From the sequence record PP239276.1: 64,000 nucleotides of DNA; one strand, written 5' to 3'. Below, in pieces: positions 53,736 to 63,551 of this stretch (position 1 is its first letter; the number at the start of each line of letters is the position of its first letter). The notes beneath the pieces are model-generated. The model did not search any database. It worked only from the letters and a program-made list of their open reading frames with translations, and was not told the DNA's origin. The translations under genes were made by a program, and so were the position numbers. This stretch comes from Escherichia phage BME3.

Positions 53736-56555
53736 TTAGTCGTAATATTTCAAACCTGTAATAAAGACTGATCCCCAATCGTACAAGCTGGAGTAGTTTA
53801 TTGTCCAAGTAGATGCCGTACCAGAGAATACGTCACGAACAACGTCGCCGTTGGAATAGTAAACATCCACACCAGTATGTCCGTTCCTTGGTATAGTGAA
53901 GGATACTCCTCCTAAATTTCCAGGATATGTGCAGACATAAGGCGATCCAGCTTTTGATGTTTCTCCTGTAGAAGCACCTTCAAGCTGTGGCAACCAAACT
54001 GCAAGGTTACTAGTACCATCTCCAGCGAAAATCTCCGCACCAGTTGCATCCAAGGCAATTATTTCAAAACTTATGGAGGACTGTTTGGCTATCCCTGTTT
54101 TATGCAGAATAGCACGATACCAACCGTTGCCCATAGATATAATATTAGCTTCACTTCCTGTGAATGTACCTGCTGCTAAATCAAAAGTACCCTCATTAAC
54201 TTCAGTTCCTGCTTTTAATCTTAGTTTGGCCTTAGTAATCCCGTTCGCTTTCAAGAAAACAGAGGCAGACCAGTTACGTCCGGCAGATATGTTGTACGCG
54301 TTAGTATATGTCGCAGTTAAGATATGACTACCAGAGGTTGTAGTCGGAGTTAATTTGAATACATTAGCAGTGGTTCCAGCCGGAGAGTTATCAGATGAAG
54401 CTGCAACAGTTAAGTTGGTCTTTACCCACGGGCTTGCGCTTGTTAAGGCGTTGTTGACAAAAATTTGTGTAGCTGTGTTAGCTGTTACACGTCTACCTAC
54501 AGGGGTAGTGCCAACATACTCCAACGGAGCAACCAAGGTGTTAGTGGCTACAAGTGTATCTCCAGAAGCACGAGCAAAAGAGTTCCCACCATTAACCTTA
54601 ACATCTGATGGAAGAGTTTCTTGTGTCAAATCATAGTCCATCACGACAGGTTTATCTTCTACTTTTCCTGCTGTAACGCTAACATTAAAACGTACTAAAG
54701 GAGATAACACATCATTTGCTTCGTCATAATATGCAACATCAAATATCGTAGTACCTGCTGCAAAACCATATTGTTCTACTTGATCTGCATAGGTAAACGT
54801 ATAACTGTTCGTATTAAGCGTTTGTTCAGTTAATACAGATGCTGTTAAGACGTTAATATTACGGAAGTAGTGTTTACTATAACCTTGAGCATCCCATGCT
54901 AAAATTGTATCTTGATTAGACTGGGAAGTAGCTGTTGCTCCAGTTGGAACAGCCATATCAACCCAAACAGGTGATGTTGATGTTAAGTCTGTACCGTCTG
55001 CTGCTGATTTAGCAAGTTTTGTAGCTGCTGTTTGGTATACAGAAGAAATATAATGGATACGACCATCAATACCTTCTTCATAAACATAACCACTGTAGCG
55101 TTCAGCACCATCCACCCAAGAACCAATGATAACATCATCACGTGCCGTAGAGATGGCTCTTTGTACATTTCTGTATTTCTGCCAATCCACACCATTAACT
55201 TCTACACCATATAGATAAGAACGTCCTAGGATCTGCCAAACAATTTTTGCTTGAGAAGCAGGAACTATTGTACGCATCTTATCAAAGATAGCTATCGTAG
55301 CATCATGGTAACGTGTAGTGTTACTGTATCTACCTGCAACAGTCGAAGATGCTGATACAGCATCATTTTCACCTTGTCCCCAAATAATCGCTTTAACCTT
55401 ACTTGCATAAGGTGTGACTTTAGTGATAAAGTTAGTTAAGCATGGCCCATCTGCTGTATTATCCAGATCATACCAGTAGTTGTCTGGTGTACCTGTTCCA
55501 GCTTTATCATCTGCATATTTATCTGCTGCTGATGATCCAGAAGCTGTATTTAACGGGAGAACTTCAGCATTTGCTAAACCACGTTGCGTAGCATATGCAT
55601 TACGGGCTGTTGTGCTACTCATTGCTGCTTTATTTGCACCAGATAGTTCTGTAAAGTGTGCATTTACGTTATCTTGTCCAGCAAAGACAATAACTTCTTT
55701 AATGAATGAATCATCTGTAGCTATTGAGTTATTAAAGATAACGGGTGCTGCTTTGGTGCTCTTAACGCTAATTTTAAGGTATGTTGGAGCAAACCCATAA
55801 AGAGGAATAGAGTCAGAGATATCAAAGTAAGCGTAAGTATTCGTGGTTGTTGTAGTCCACTGGACACTGTTATTACTTAAATCTAATACTTCTACAGTAT
55901 AAGTATCACCATCTAGCGGATCAGCTACATCCCAAGCAACACGAATGTCTCCATAGCTGTTTGCCACGGCTGTTACATTAGAAATAACAGGAATAGCATT
56001 AACACCTAAATAAGAACTATCAGAGGCCACCACTGTTCCTTGATAAGTTGCAGTACAACCTATACGGCAACTGCCATCTTTAAGAGCAGTTATTAATCCT
56101 GTAGGGCTTACAGTAGCTACTTCTGGATCTGTTGTGGTGTACGTAATTACCATGTCTGGAAGGTCTTTAGCACCTTCTGGACTGATTGTAGCAACCAATT
56201 GTTGAGTAGTTCCTGCATCCATAGCAGACAGACTTTCAGTGTACACACTTAATTCTGAAGCATAGCCACCAGATTGATCAGTTAAGACAGCACCTAAATT
56301 ATTTTTAGCTGTCATTATTGCATCAAAACCGCCTTCAGCAACAAACTCCATCATACCATTATTATCTATAACCATTTTGGTATTATCTGAAGATGAAAAA
56401 GCTATATCAAATAACGCACCATCTTCTGGTGAAACTGTGTATGTCAGTTGCTTTTTACTACCAACTATTGCAATACCAATAGAGGAAGTGGTTATAGATG
56501 TAGCTGTTACTACTGAAGCTGATGTTGTTGACATAAATAAAGGAATAGGATACAT
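53736..56555 (-). CDS. tail fibre/spike with Ig-like domains and putative SGNH/esterase-like domain
   Basis: 939 aa; Big_2-like segments (DPEVATVSPTGLITALKDGSCRI); VIVFAGQDNVNAHF recalls GQSN esterase motif; RBS aaggag. Confidence 0.65.
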   Translation of the reverse strand: MYPIPLFMSTTSASVVTATSITTSSIGIAIVGSKKQLTYTVSPEDGALFDIAFSSSDNTKMVIDNNGMMEFVAEGGFDAIMTAKNNLGAVLTDQSGGYASELSVYTESLSAMDAGTTQQLVATISPEGAKDLPDMVITYTTTDPEVATVSPTGLITALKDGSCRIGCTATYQGTVVASDSSYLGVNAIPVISNVTAVANSYGDIRVAWDVADPLDGDTYTVEVLDLSNNSVQWTTTTTNTYAYFDISDSIPLYGFAPTYLKISVKSTKAAPVIFNNSIATDDSFIKEVIVFAGQDNVNAHFTELSGANKAAMSSTTARNAYATQRGLANAEVLPLNTASGSSAADKYADDKAGTGTPDNYWYDLDNTADGPCLTNFITKVTPYASKVKAIIWGQGENDAVSASSTVAGRYSNTTRYHDATIAIFDKMRTIVPASQAKIVWQILGRSYLYGVEVNGVDWQKYRNVQRAISTARDDVIIGSWVDGAERYSGYVYEEGIDGRIHYISSVYQTAATKLAKSAADGTDLTSTSPVWVDMAVPTGATATSQSNQDTILAWDAQGYSKHYFRNINVLTASVLTEQTLNTNSYTFTYADQVEQYGFAAGTTIFDVAYYDEANDVLSPLVRFNVSVTAGKVEDKPVVMDYDLTQETLPSDVKVNGGNSFARASGDTLVATNTLVAPLEYVGTTPVGRRVTANTATQIFVNNALTSASPWVKTNLTVAASSDNSPAGTTANVFKLTPTTTSGSHILTATYTNAYNISAGRNWSASVFLKANGITKAKLRLKAGTEVNEGTFDLAAGTFTGSEANIISMGNGWYRAILHKTGIAKQSSISFEIIALDATGAEIFAGDGTSNLAVWLPQLEGASTGETSKAGSPYVCTYPGNLGGVSFTIPRNGHTGVDVYYSNGDVVRDVFSGTASTWTINYSSLYDWGSVFITGLKYYD

Positions 56556-56573
56556 TTAATCTCCTTAAATAAT

Positions 56574-56591
56574 AAGCCCCCGAAGGGGCTT
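56574..56591 (-). terminator. hairpin aagcccc-cgaa-ggggctt between tail-fibre genes
   Basis: T-rich tail on minus strand. Confidence 0.45.
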
Positions 56592-56594
56592 TGA

Positions 56595-58556
56595 TTATGT
56601 GCGTTTAGCAACAATAGCATCCACGTAATCGCCAACACCACAATATGTTAGTTGTAGTATTGTTACTCCGTTAGGATCTGTATTAATATCACTAGAACCA
56701 ATTACTTTGTAAGATGGATCTAAAGTAACAGTACGACCTCCAGTGGCATCTTGGATAAGATAAACTATTGCAGAGAATGGTTTAGGTTTTGTACTATCTT
56801 CGACACCAGGCCATGCTTTTATAGTAGCGTTACCAGTAAGATTCAACACATTCATGTTATGTGTTCCTGGAGGTGTCCAGTCTCCTGTAACAGAATTGTT
56901 GGTATATGCTGTAACCTCTATAAAATTAGTTGTTACTTTTGTTGGAACTATATCTTGACCATCTACAGAACTAGTGAGTTCTTCCCATGCTCCATCTTTA
57001 CGAGCATAAGTCTTACCATCACTAGGTGCATCTGTGATACTAGGTAGTGTACCTTGAGAAGTCCAGACAGTTGCAGATGTTTTTAAGAACACCTCGCCCG
57101 TGGAGATATTAAAGGCATAATCACCTTGTTTACCATCACTAGAGATTGGATCTGTTGTTTTAACAATCCAAGTTGCACCGTCTGTACCGTTAGTACCAGC
57201 GTCACCTTTTTCACCCTTATCACCTTTCAAACTACCCATATCTACATATTCAGCAGTTTGAGTTTGTTCATCATAGGTGTAAATGTAAAGATGACCTGTA
57301 TCTTCCGTCAGATAAGCATCACCGTAATTAGCTGTAGGGGGAAGTGCACTTGCAGACGCAACGTGTCCTTTTGCAGTGATTGGAGTACCAGCTAAACGAC
57401 CAACATTTGTCCACTCTGTGGCTCCTTGCAACCAGACCCAAAGTTCATTATTGATCAGATAACCATCACCCTCTTCTCCAGTTTGTGGTAGTTCAGAAGT
57501 GCTAGTCAGAATGTCAATAATGGTCAACCCTGCACCAGTTGGCCCCGTCAAGCCTTGTATACCCTGTTCACCTTGATCACCCTTGTCTCCCTTATCACCT
57601 TTTTCTCCTTTCAGAGAGGCAATATATTCGTCAATAGTACCAACGTTACCAGCATTTAACCAGACTTGATAAGCTGAATCACCAGTGTTACCCTTATCTC
57701 CTTTGTCGCCTTTATCTCCTTTTGGCCCCACTATAGCGCCCATATTGATCCATTCTACACCGTTTGACACGTATAGATATGTACCAATACTCCATGCTTG
57801 AGATGTGTTTCCATGAGATGCAGAAGGAAGATCTGAAACGGAATTAGCTGCGCCTTGGTAATCAAAACCATTAGCATTGTTACCTGGCACACCTTGTGGC
57901 CCCTCTGGGCCAGGCTCCCCTTTATCACCTTTAATTGAGGCAAGATAATCTAGTTCTGTACCTTGGTTTCCTGCTGCAAGCCATACTTCATAAGCAGATT
58001 TACCTTCTGGCCCCTGTGAGTTTACTTTTCTCCAAGCAGTACCATCCCAAGCATACATATTCTCGCCTACAATCCATGCATCTCCTGCATTGTTTCCAGT
58101 TGTAGGTAATTGGTTGGTATTAGATAGCGTCCCTAGTAGCTTTAATGGAGCACCTGGATCACCTTTTAAAGAAGCCAACCACTGTGTCTCAGTGCCTTGG
58201 AAACCATTGTCTACGGCAATCTGGTAAGCTGATTTACCAGCTTCTGGGATGGATTCTCTAAGATCTTCAATTTCAGCTTCAATAGCATCTAATTCTGATT
58301 CTATTTGAGCAATGTCATCTGCATTACCCACATTTTTCCAAGCTGTATCTGAAATCCCTCCAGTAGATGTAGGAGTAGAGTTAGCAGGTACAACTTTAGG
58401 TAGAGAACCTTTCCACTGATAGTAGTTACCGTCAGCTTCAAAGAGCAATGCTTCACGAGCATCTCTTAAGGTAAAACCACTTGCAAAACTTCTACGCTTT
58501 CTATAGCGAGACTCTACCATGTCTGCAATGGCACTATTTGGACGTGTTAAAATCAC
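56595..58556 (-). CDS. tail fibre protein with collagen-like Gly-X-Y repeats
   Basis: GPKGDKGDKGDKGNTGD, KGEKGDKGDKGDQGEQGIQG; threefold repeat SAYQ(V/I)...G(F/N)xGTE...(L/I)ASLKG. Confidence 0.75.
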   Translation of the reverse strand: MILTRPNSAIADMVESRYRKRRSFASGFTLRDAREALLFEADGNYYQWKGSLPKVVPANSTPTSTGGISDTAWKNVGNADDIAQIESELDAIEAEIEDLRESIPEAGKSAYQIAVDNGFQGTETQWLASLKGDPGAPLKLLGTLSNTNQLPTTGNNAGDAWIVGENMYAWDGTAWRKVNSQGPEGKSAYEVWLAAGNQGTELDYLASIKGDKGEPGPEGPQGVPGNNANGFDYQGAANSVSDLPSASHGNTSQAWSIGTYLYVSNGVEWINMGAIVGPKGDKGDKGDKGNTGDSAYQVWLNAGNVGTIDEYIASLKGEKGDKGDKGDQGEQGIQGLTGPTGAGLTIIDILTSTSELPQTGEEGDGYLINNELWVWLQGATEWTNVGRLAGTPITAKGHVASASALPPTANYGDAYLTEDTGHLYIYTYDEQTQTAEYVDMGSLKGDKGEKGDAGTNGTDGATWIVKTTDPISSDGKQGDYAFNISTGEVFLKTSATVWTSQGTLPSITDAPSDGKTYARKDGAWEELTSSVDGQDIVPTKVTTNFIEVTAYTNNSVTGDWTPPGTHNMNVLNLTGNATIKAWPGVEDSTKPKPFSAIVYLIQDATGGRTVTLDPSYKVIGSSDINTDPNGVTILQLTYCGVGDYVDAIVAKRT

Positions 58557-58574
58557 TTTACTACTCCTTTTATA

Positions 58575-58593
58575 AAGGGGCTTTCGCCCCTTT
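58575..58593. terminator. hairpin aaggggc-tttc-gcccctt
   Basis: Between 58597..61011 and 56595..58556. Confidence 0.4.
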
Positions 58594-58596
58594 TAA

Positions 58597-61011
58597 TTAA
58601 GCATTATTGACAGTAACAAAAGTAACAGGGTTCAGAGCTTTAATTTTTGTATTCTCTGCTGTAGGTGTTACAATTGGATCTGCAATATCTATTGTGTACA
58701 AACTATTTGTCACATATGTAGCACGTGCTATAGTTGTCACAAGATCGCCGCCATTTGCACCTGCACCTGGAATAACAATCTTAGTACCTGCTGCTTTAGC
58801 GTAGCCATTACTAGCCCAGTTTAAAGCATTAGACTGTAGATAGGTTTGACCTGTAACAGTTGCTTTTATTTTCTCATTATCACTAAAGAAAGCACCACCT
58901 GCTGTAACAACGTGTTTTTTACCGCTTGCACAATGAATAACTGTTCCAGTAGGGAAGTCACGCCCACCTGGGAATTCATCATAATCTGTAAAATATTGTT
59001 CAGAAATAGTGGTTAAGACTGGCCCACGATGACCTGTACCATCAACAGCAGTTGGAACACCAAAGTTATTTCCAACCTGATCGCAACGATCCGTGTAGAT
59101 TTTAGCAAAAGAAACTGTTGTTTTATCTCCGCTAAGTGCTGTACATCCTACCCACTTCATATAAGTGAATTGGCTGCGAGTATAGAAACCGCCACCACTT
59201 CCTTCTCCGCTTCCGTGTTGACCAATAAAGTCAATACTACGGCAACGAATATTATTAAAAGTAGAGCTAGATGGTAGCCCACGCCATTTAAAATCATTAC
59301 AATTGATGTTACTAACAATTGTAGAGTTTTCCCAGGCGTCTGATCCAGCCGTTGCAATCTCAATCGAAGATTCTGGAATATCCAAATTCTTAATTGTAAA
59401 GTTAATTGGTGGCCCCGCATATCTTCCACCGTTAACACCCCAGTCAATAAAGACCATGCGTGTTGAAACAGACGGATCATTAAGCAGATAACCAGTTAAA
59501 CCATCAACTTCAAAGTCTTGGCATCCGTATAATGCAACACCACAAGTAGTTAAACCTGTACCTGTTGAAACTGCTGTGTTAGGATAAACTTCGTTATCAC
59601 GTATTGTGAAGTTTTTACCCATTTCAACGTGTAGACATTGACGGCAATTGTAAACTCTATTTCCAACGATACTGAAGTTACGTACATATTGTGAATCAGG
59701 AGCATCAACACCATATGGGCCACTACCTGCTACACCAATACCAATACCCCAGTTTGCACCTTGTCCAGAAGCATCTACGTTAGCAATGTGGTTATTCTCG
59801 ATGATCAAACCTTCAGTGTAGTGTCTTTGAACTACGTTAAGTTCAATAGCATCACCTTTGATATCGTGAATGTAGTTGTTAGAGTAACGCCCATAGGTCA
59901 TTACTTCTCCAGTACCTTGTTGCAGGATCGCATATTTACAACCATACATCTCGTTGTAACTGAAGTCCAACGTACCTTCACTTGTCATTGCTTGCATTAA
60001 GAATGCTGCTGTAGATGTTGCGTTGGAGAAGATATTACGATAGAATCGGCAATCACCACCTAACATCTTAACATAACATTTTTCAAAGCGAACGTTTTCA
60101 ATCCAACAGGACACAGTAGAAATCATTGTTCCACCGTTACCAGTGAATGTACCACCATACCAACGAATACCAGACATAGCAATTGAGCTTGTGAATCTAT
60201 AATTCTTATCTGCACGTACTTGAATGTTATTCGTGTTAGCGAAAGTAATGGTTTTTAGAATTGCTTGAGTATCATCGGTAACTCCATCACCAATTGCACC
60301 AAACTGCTCAGGCGTTACAAAGTATTGAGCTTGTAACAGGTTGCCTCCAGATGGAAGACCAACCATTGCTGCACCAGTAGTAGATGACAAAAGGTTTTTC
60401 TCTACGTAAGAAGTAGAGGCTGTTGTTTTACCAATAAAAGCAAACAATTTGTTAGGTAGACCAGTAGACGGATCTAAACCTAATGGTTCTGCCAGAATAA
60501 TTTTACTATCTTTAATAGTAAATGCTTCACCCTGAATCTGAATTACACCGTTAATGGTGACAATAGCATTATCAAAGATATAAGGAGGACTGATTTCTGT
60601 TTCATATCCTGTAGCACCTTTAAAATACCAAGGATACACATCTGAAGCTAACTGTTCAGTTTTAAGAGCGTACAGAGTCCAGTTACTGTCTCCTACAGGT
60701 GTACCCTGCATAGGTACAGGGTTCGCAGTAGTGGCAGATGGGGCATAGTAGTACCCACTCAAGATACCGTTTTCAAAATAACGTAACTGGTTAAATACAG
60801 TTTCAGTTGATCCTGCTGACCAAGCAACAGGACTCTTAAAGAAGAAGTTATCAACAAGTGCTTTACGCAGTGTAGGTATTAAACCTGTTTCGGTTTCTAC
60901 AGTTGCTGTAGCATCCCCGTTAATAACATCATGCATCTGGTTAGACGAGAATATAACCAGATCAACACCTTGTTCTAGTGTCGTAGCAGGATATGTTGGA
61001 AAATTCGCCAT
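58597..61011 (-). CDS. tailspike with pectate-lyase-like beta-helix (putative polysaccharide depolymerase)
   Basis: FGAIGDGVTDDTQAI motif typical of Pectate_lyase_3 tailspikes; 804 aa. Confidence 0.8.
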   Translation of the reverse strand: MANFPTYPATTLEQGVDLVIFSSNQMHDVINGDATATVETETGLIPTLRKALVDNFFFKSPVAWSAGSTETVFNQLRYFENGILSGYYYAPSATTANPVPMQGTPVGDSNWTLYALKTEQLASDVYPWYFKGATGYETEISPPYIFDNAIVTINGVIQIQGEAFTIKDSKIILAEPLGLDPSTGLPNKLFAFIGKTTASTSYVEKNLLSSTTGAAMVGLPSGGNLLQAQYFVTPEQFGAIGDGVTDDTQAILKTITFANTNNIQVRADKNYRFTSSIAMSGIRWYGGTFTGNGGTMISTVSCWIENVRFEKCYVKMLGGDCRFYRNIFSNATSTAAFLMQAMTSEGTLDFSYNEMYGCKYAILQQGTGEVMTYGRYSNNYIHDIKGDAIELNVVQRHYTEGLIIENNHIANVDASGQGANWGIGIGVAGSGPYGVDAPDSQYVRNFSIVGNRVYNCRQCLHVEMGKNFTIRDNEVYPNTAVSTGTGLTTCGVALYGCQDFEVDGLTGYLLNDPSVSTRMVFIDWGVNGGRYAGPPINFTIKNLDIPESSIEIATAGSDAWENSTIVSNINCNDFKWRGLPSSSTFNNIRCRSIDFIGQHGSGEGSGGGFYTRSQFTYMKWVGCTALSGDKTTVSFAKIYTDRCDQVGNNFGVPTAVDGTGHRGPVLTTISEQYFTDYDEFPGGRDFPTGTVIHCASGKKHVVTAGGAFFSDNEKIKATVTGQTYLQSNALNWASNGYAKAAGTKIVIPGAGANGGDLVTTIARATYVTNSLYTIDIADPIVTPTAENTKIKALNPVTFVTVNNA

Positions 61012-61352
61012 TAATTTTTGTCCTTACTTTGTGTGCGCTTCGTAATCTCCTCTAGCATTAATTGAACAGGAGCATTTTTTAAATCCATTATTTTTTCAAT
61101 CTTCTGTTCTAAGGCAGTATTATTTGCCATTAATGTAGAGTTGATCTGGTTAAGCATTTGCGCAAGTTCTGCTTTGGTAGCATAAGTGGATTCAACAAAC
61201 ACCAACTTCTTTTCTAGTTCGCGGTATTTGTCTTCCATTTTATCCAAATCACTTGCTATATCATCTATCTTCTGTTTGAAGACCACCCAGATTACGCCAA
61301 TAAGAGGGATAATCGCCTCTTTAGCGATATCCCATACTTCTGTTAGCTCCAT
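61011..61352 (-). CDS. small membrane/coiled-coil protein
   Basis: ORF track; TM-like IIPLIGVIWVVF then coiled coil. Confidence 0.5.
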   Translation of the reverse strand: MELTEVWDIAKEAIIPLIGVIWVVFKQKIDDIASDLDKMEDKYRELEKKLVFVESTYATKAELAQMLNQINSTLMANNTALEQKIEKIMDLKNAPVQLMLEEITKRTQSKDKN

Positions 61353-61361
61353 ACATTACCT

Positions 61362-61913
61362 CTATTTCTTAGGTCTTGTAGGCCAAGTTATATTAGGTGC
61401 ATCTTCAACGTTAATTTGAATTAATGTTGCACGATAGAGTTTAACTTTTCCTAACCAATCTTTTTGTTCTTCAGATAAACCTTGTAATTCCTCTAAATCT
61501 TGAATCGCAGACACTTGATTCGTAGCCCAAGTTAACTCCTTTTCTAACTTAAGAGTAGCATCTTCAATAGCAAGATTATTGTGAGGAACAAATTTACCTT
61601 CAACATATTGCCAAGAGCCAATATTACTTTCATCTTCTATTTTATCTGGTACATTATATGTAACTAAAATAGATTGTCCGGCAGGGAAATAGGTAGTAAC
61701 ATCTTTAGTAGCACCACGTACAATATTATTATCATCTAAGGTAATAAAATAAGCGTCGGGATATTCAGCCATCAAGGTTTTTTGAAGTTGATACCAATCA
61801 TTACCATCCTTGTCTTGCAAAAAACCACCGCCAACAGAAAGATAAAGAATGTTTTCCTCTGTTAATTCCGGTTCGTACAATTCAAAACCTGTAAAAATAA
61901 CATCTTTTTTCAT
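61362..61913 (-). CDS. tail fibre assembly chaperone (Tfa-like)
   Basis: C-terminal WLGKVKLYRATLIQINVEDAPNITWPTRP resembles Caudo_TAP signature. Confidence 0.55.
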   Translation of the reverse strand: MKKDVIFTGFELYEPELTEENILYLSVGGGFLQDKDGNDWYQLQKTLMAEYPDAYFITLDDNNIVRGATKDVTTYFPAGQSILVTYNVPDKIEDESNIGSWQYVEGKFVPHNNLAIEDATLKLEKELTWATNQVSAIQDLEELQGLSEEQKDWLGKVKLYRATLIQINVEDAPNITWPTRPKK

Positions 61914-61922
61914 AGACTCTCC

Positions 61923-62906
61923 TTATGAAACGTTGGTTACTGTTATCCAGCTACCATTAATATAATATTGTAGCGGGGCTGACCAATACCAAGCACCACG
62001 AAGTTCTTTCTTATCACCAAAGCCCCAACCTGTGATCACGTGACCAGCATAGAAACGAGACTCAGACACACCAGCTTGGATACGTGCTCCTAGACGGATA
62101 GCAGACACAACAGAAGAAACTCTATTGTTAATGTTATTAATTTGGCCTTGCAAGTTGCTATTAACGTTGTTAATATTATTTTGCAGTGTGCTTTGCAATG
62201 AGTTTAGTCTTGAGTTAAGATAATCTAATCTTACAAGAGCATTACCATTACCAGTATCTTGACCAGAATTAGAACGAGGGTTGTCTATTAAAACATAACC
62301 TGCATCATACAAACGGACTCCACAAGATGTTCCTCCAGTAGATGGATTTATTCTATAAATATAGAGTTGACCACCTGCACCTGGTTCAGAAGACATATTG
62401 CCTACTGTTTGTCCGTTATAGTTTCTAAAAAATAATGTTGCAGGATCTGTAGCACCTGTACCACAAGTGTAAATATCACCTGCATAGATAGCACCACCAT
62501 TATCACGCTTAACAAGGACATTTCCTACAACTTGGTTTGATGTTGCGTCTGTAATGTTAGCTGATAAGTGATTATGACTATTATCTACGACTTGAATAGA
62601 TAATGTTACAGCAGCATTACCATTCCATGTAACTTCACCTGTAGCATCACCTGCCATTGTAATTTTAGTACCGACTATAGGAAGATATGTAGTAGGCAAT
62701 GTTGGGAAGAATTCATCTTGCATATAGCGAATCCAAGACCCAATATTGTTTAAGATCCAGTTCATTTCTTCACAAGTCATAATCTGACCAAAATCCATAC
62801 CAACATTACGGATGGTTTCTTTTGGTCTAATCTTGTTTGTGTTTCCCGTTCCTGGGAGGGTTACTGTTTGTGTCGCCCAGTCAGGGTAGTATTGTGGCTT
62901 TGCCAT
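61923..62906 (-). CDS. tail fibre-like protein (third fibre/short fibre)
   Basis: Asn-rich coiled repeat NNINNVNSNLQGQINNINNRV; sits directly upstream of Tfa-like gene. Confidence 0.55.
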   Translation of the reverse strand: MAKPQYYPDWATQTVTLPGTGNTNKIRPKETIRNVGMDFGQIMTCEEMNWILNNIGSWIRYMQDEFFPTLPTTYLPIVGTKITMAGDATGEVTWNGNAAVTLSIQVVDNSHNHLSANITDATSNQVVGNVLVKRDNGGAIYAGDIYTCGTGATDPATLFFRNYNGQTVGNMSSEPGAGGQLYIYRINPSTGGTSCGVRLYDAGYVLIDNPRSNSGQDTGNGNALVRLDYLNSRLNSLQSTLQNNINNVNSNLQGQINNINNRVSSVVSAIRLGARIQAGVSESRFYAGHVITGWGFGDKKELRGAWYWSAPLQYYINGSWITVTNVS

Positions 62907-62919
62907 TAAGGGTAACTCC

Positions 62920-63549
62920 TTATTCTATTTGAGCTATCAGCATAGTCATTCGCCCTGTATCATCTCCTTCAGCCTCTGTGTAAAGAGAACCTAAACCACC
63001 TATACCATGAGGTGGCTTTGTGGCATAATAGGAAGTGAAACCAAAGGCTGCACCCGCTTTCGCACCTAAGCGATAACTGCTTAGGATCGGGAAAACGTTA
63101 AGTAACTGTGCTACTGCCTGATCGGATTGTAGACACAAATTATAAAAGAATACGTCGAATGTTTTATTTAATCCAACGTATGTATTGATCGTTTCTTTTT
63201 CTGTTCCTGTAAAACGAGCGAACATATCAATGATATCATCTCGCGTACCAGAAGACGCAACACGATAAGCCCTGATTTTTAATATTGTACGATACTCTTC
63301 ATCCGTAGCACCATTTCTCTCCATCCCCATCTCTTCACCAATAAGATCTAAATACTTACCAGTTGCAGTAGAGATTAAGCGGTGTTTGGCAAGATAGATC
63401 ATTGCCTGATCTATCTTTTGTTTTTCGCTAGAAATGATATAGAGTAGTTTGACAATGTTCGGAGAAGATTTAAAATCTTCAATCAGTAGGTCTTTAACAT
63501 CTTCATTGATACTATCCCACGTTGTCACATGGTCAACACTCACTGCCAT
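62920..63549 (-). CDS. putative tail/baseplate protein
   Basis: ORF track; position in structural module. Confidence 0.5.
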   Translation of the reverse strand: MAVSVDHVTTWDSINEDVKDLLIEDFKSSPNIVKLLYIISSEKQKIDQAMIYLAKHRLISTATGKYLDLIGEEMGMERNGATDEEYRTILKIRAYRVASSGTRDDIIDMFARFTGTEKETINTYVGLNKTFDVFFYNLCLQSDQAVAQLLNVFPILSSYRLGAKAGAAFGFTSYYATKPPHGIGGLGSLYTEAEGDDTGRMTMLIAQIE

Positions 63550-63551
63550 TT

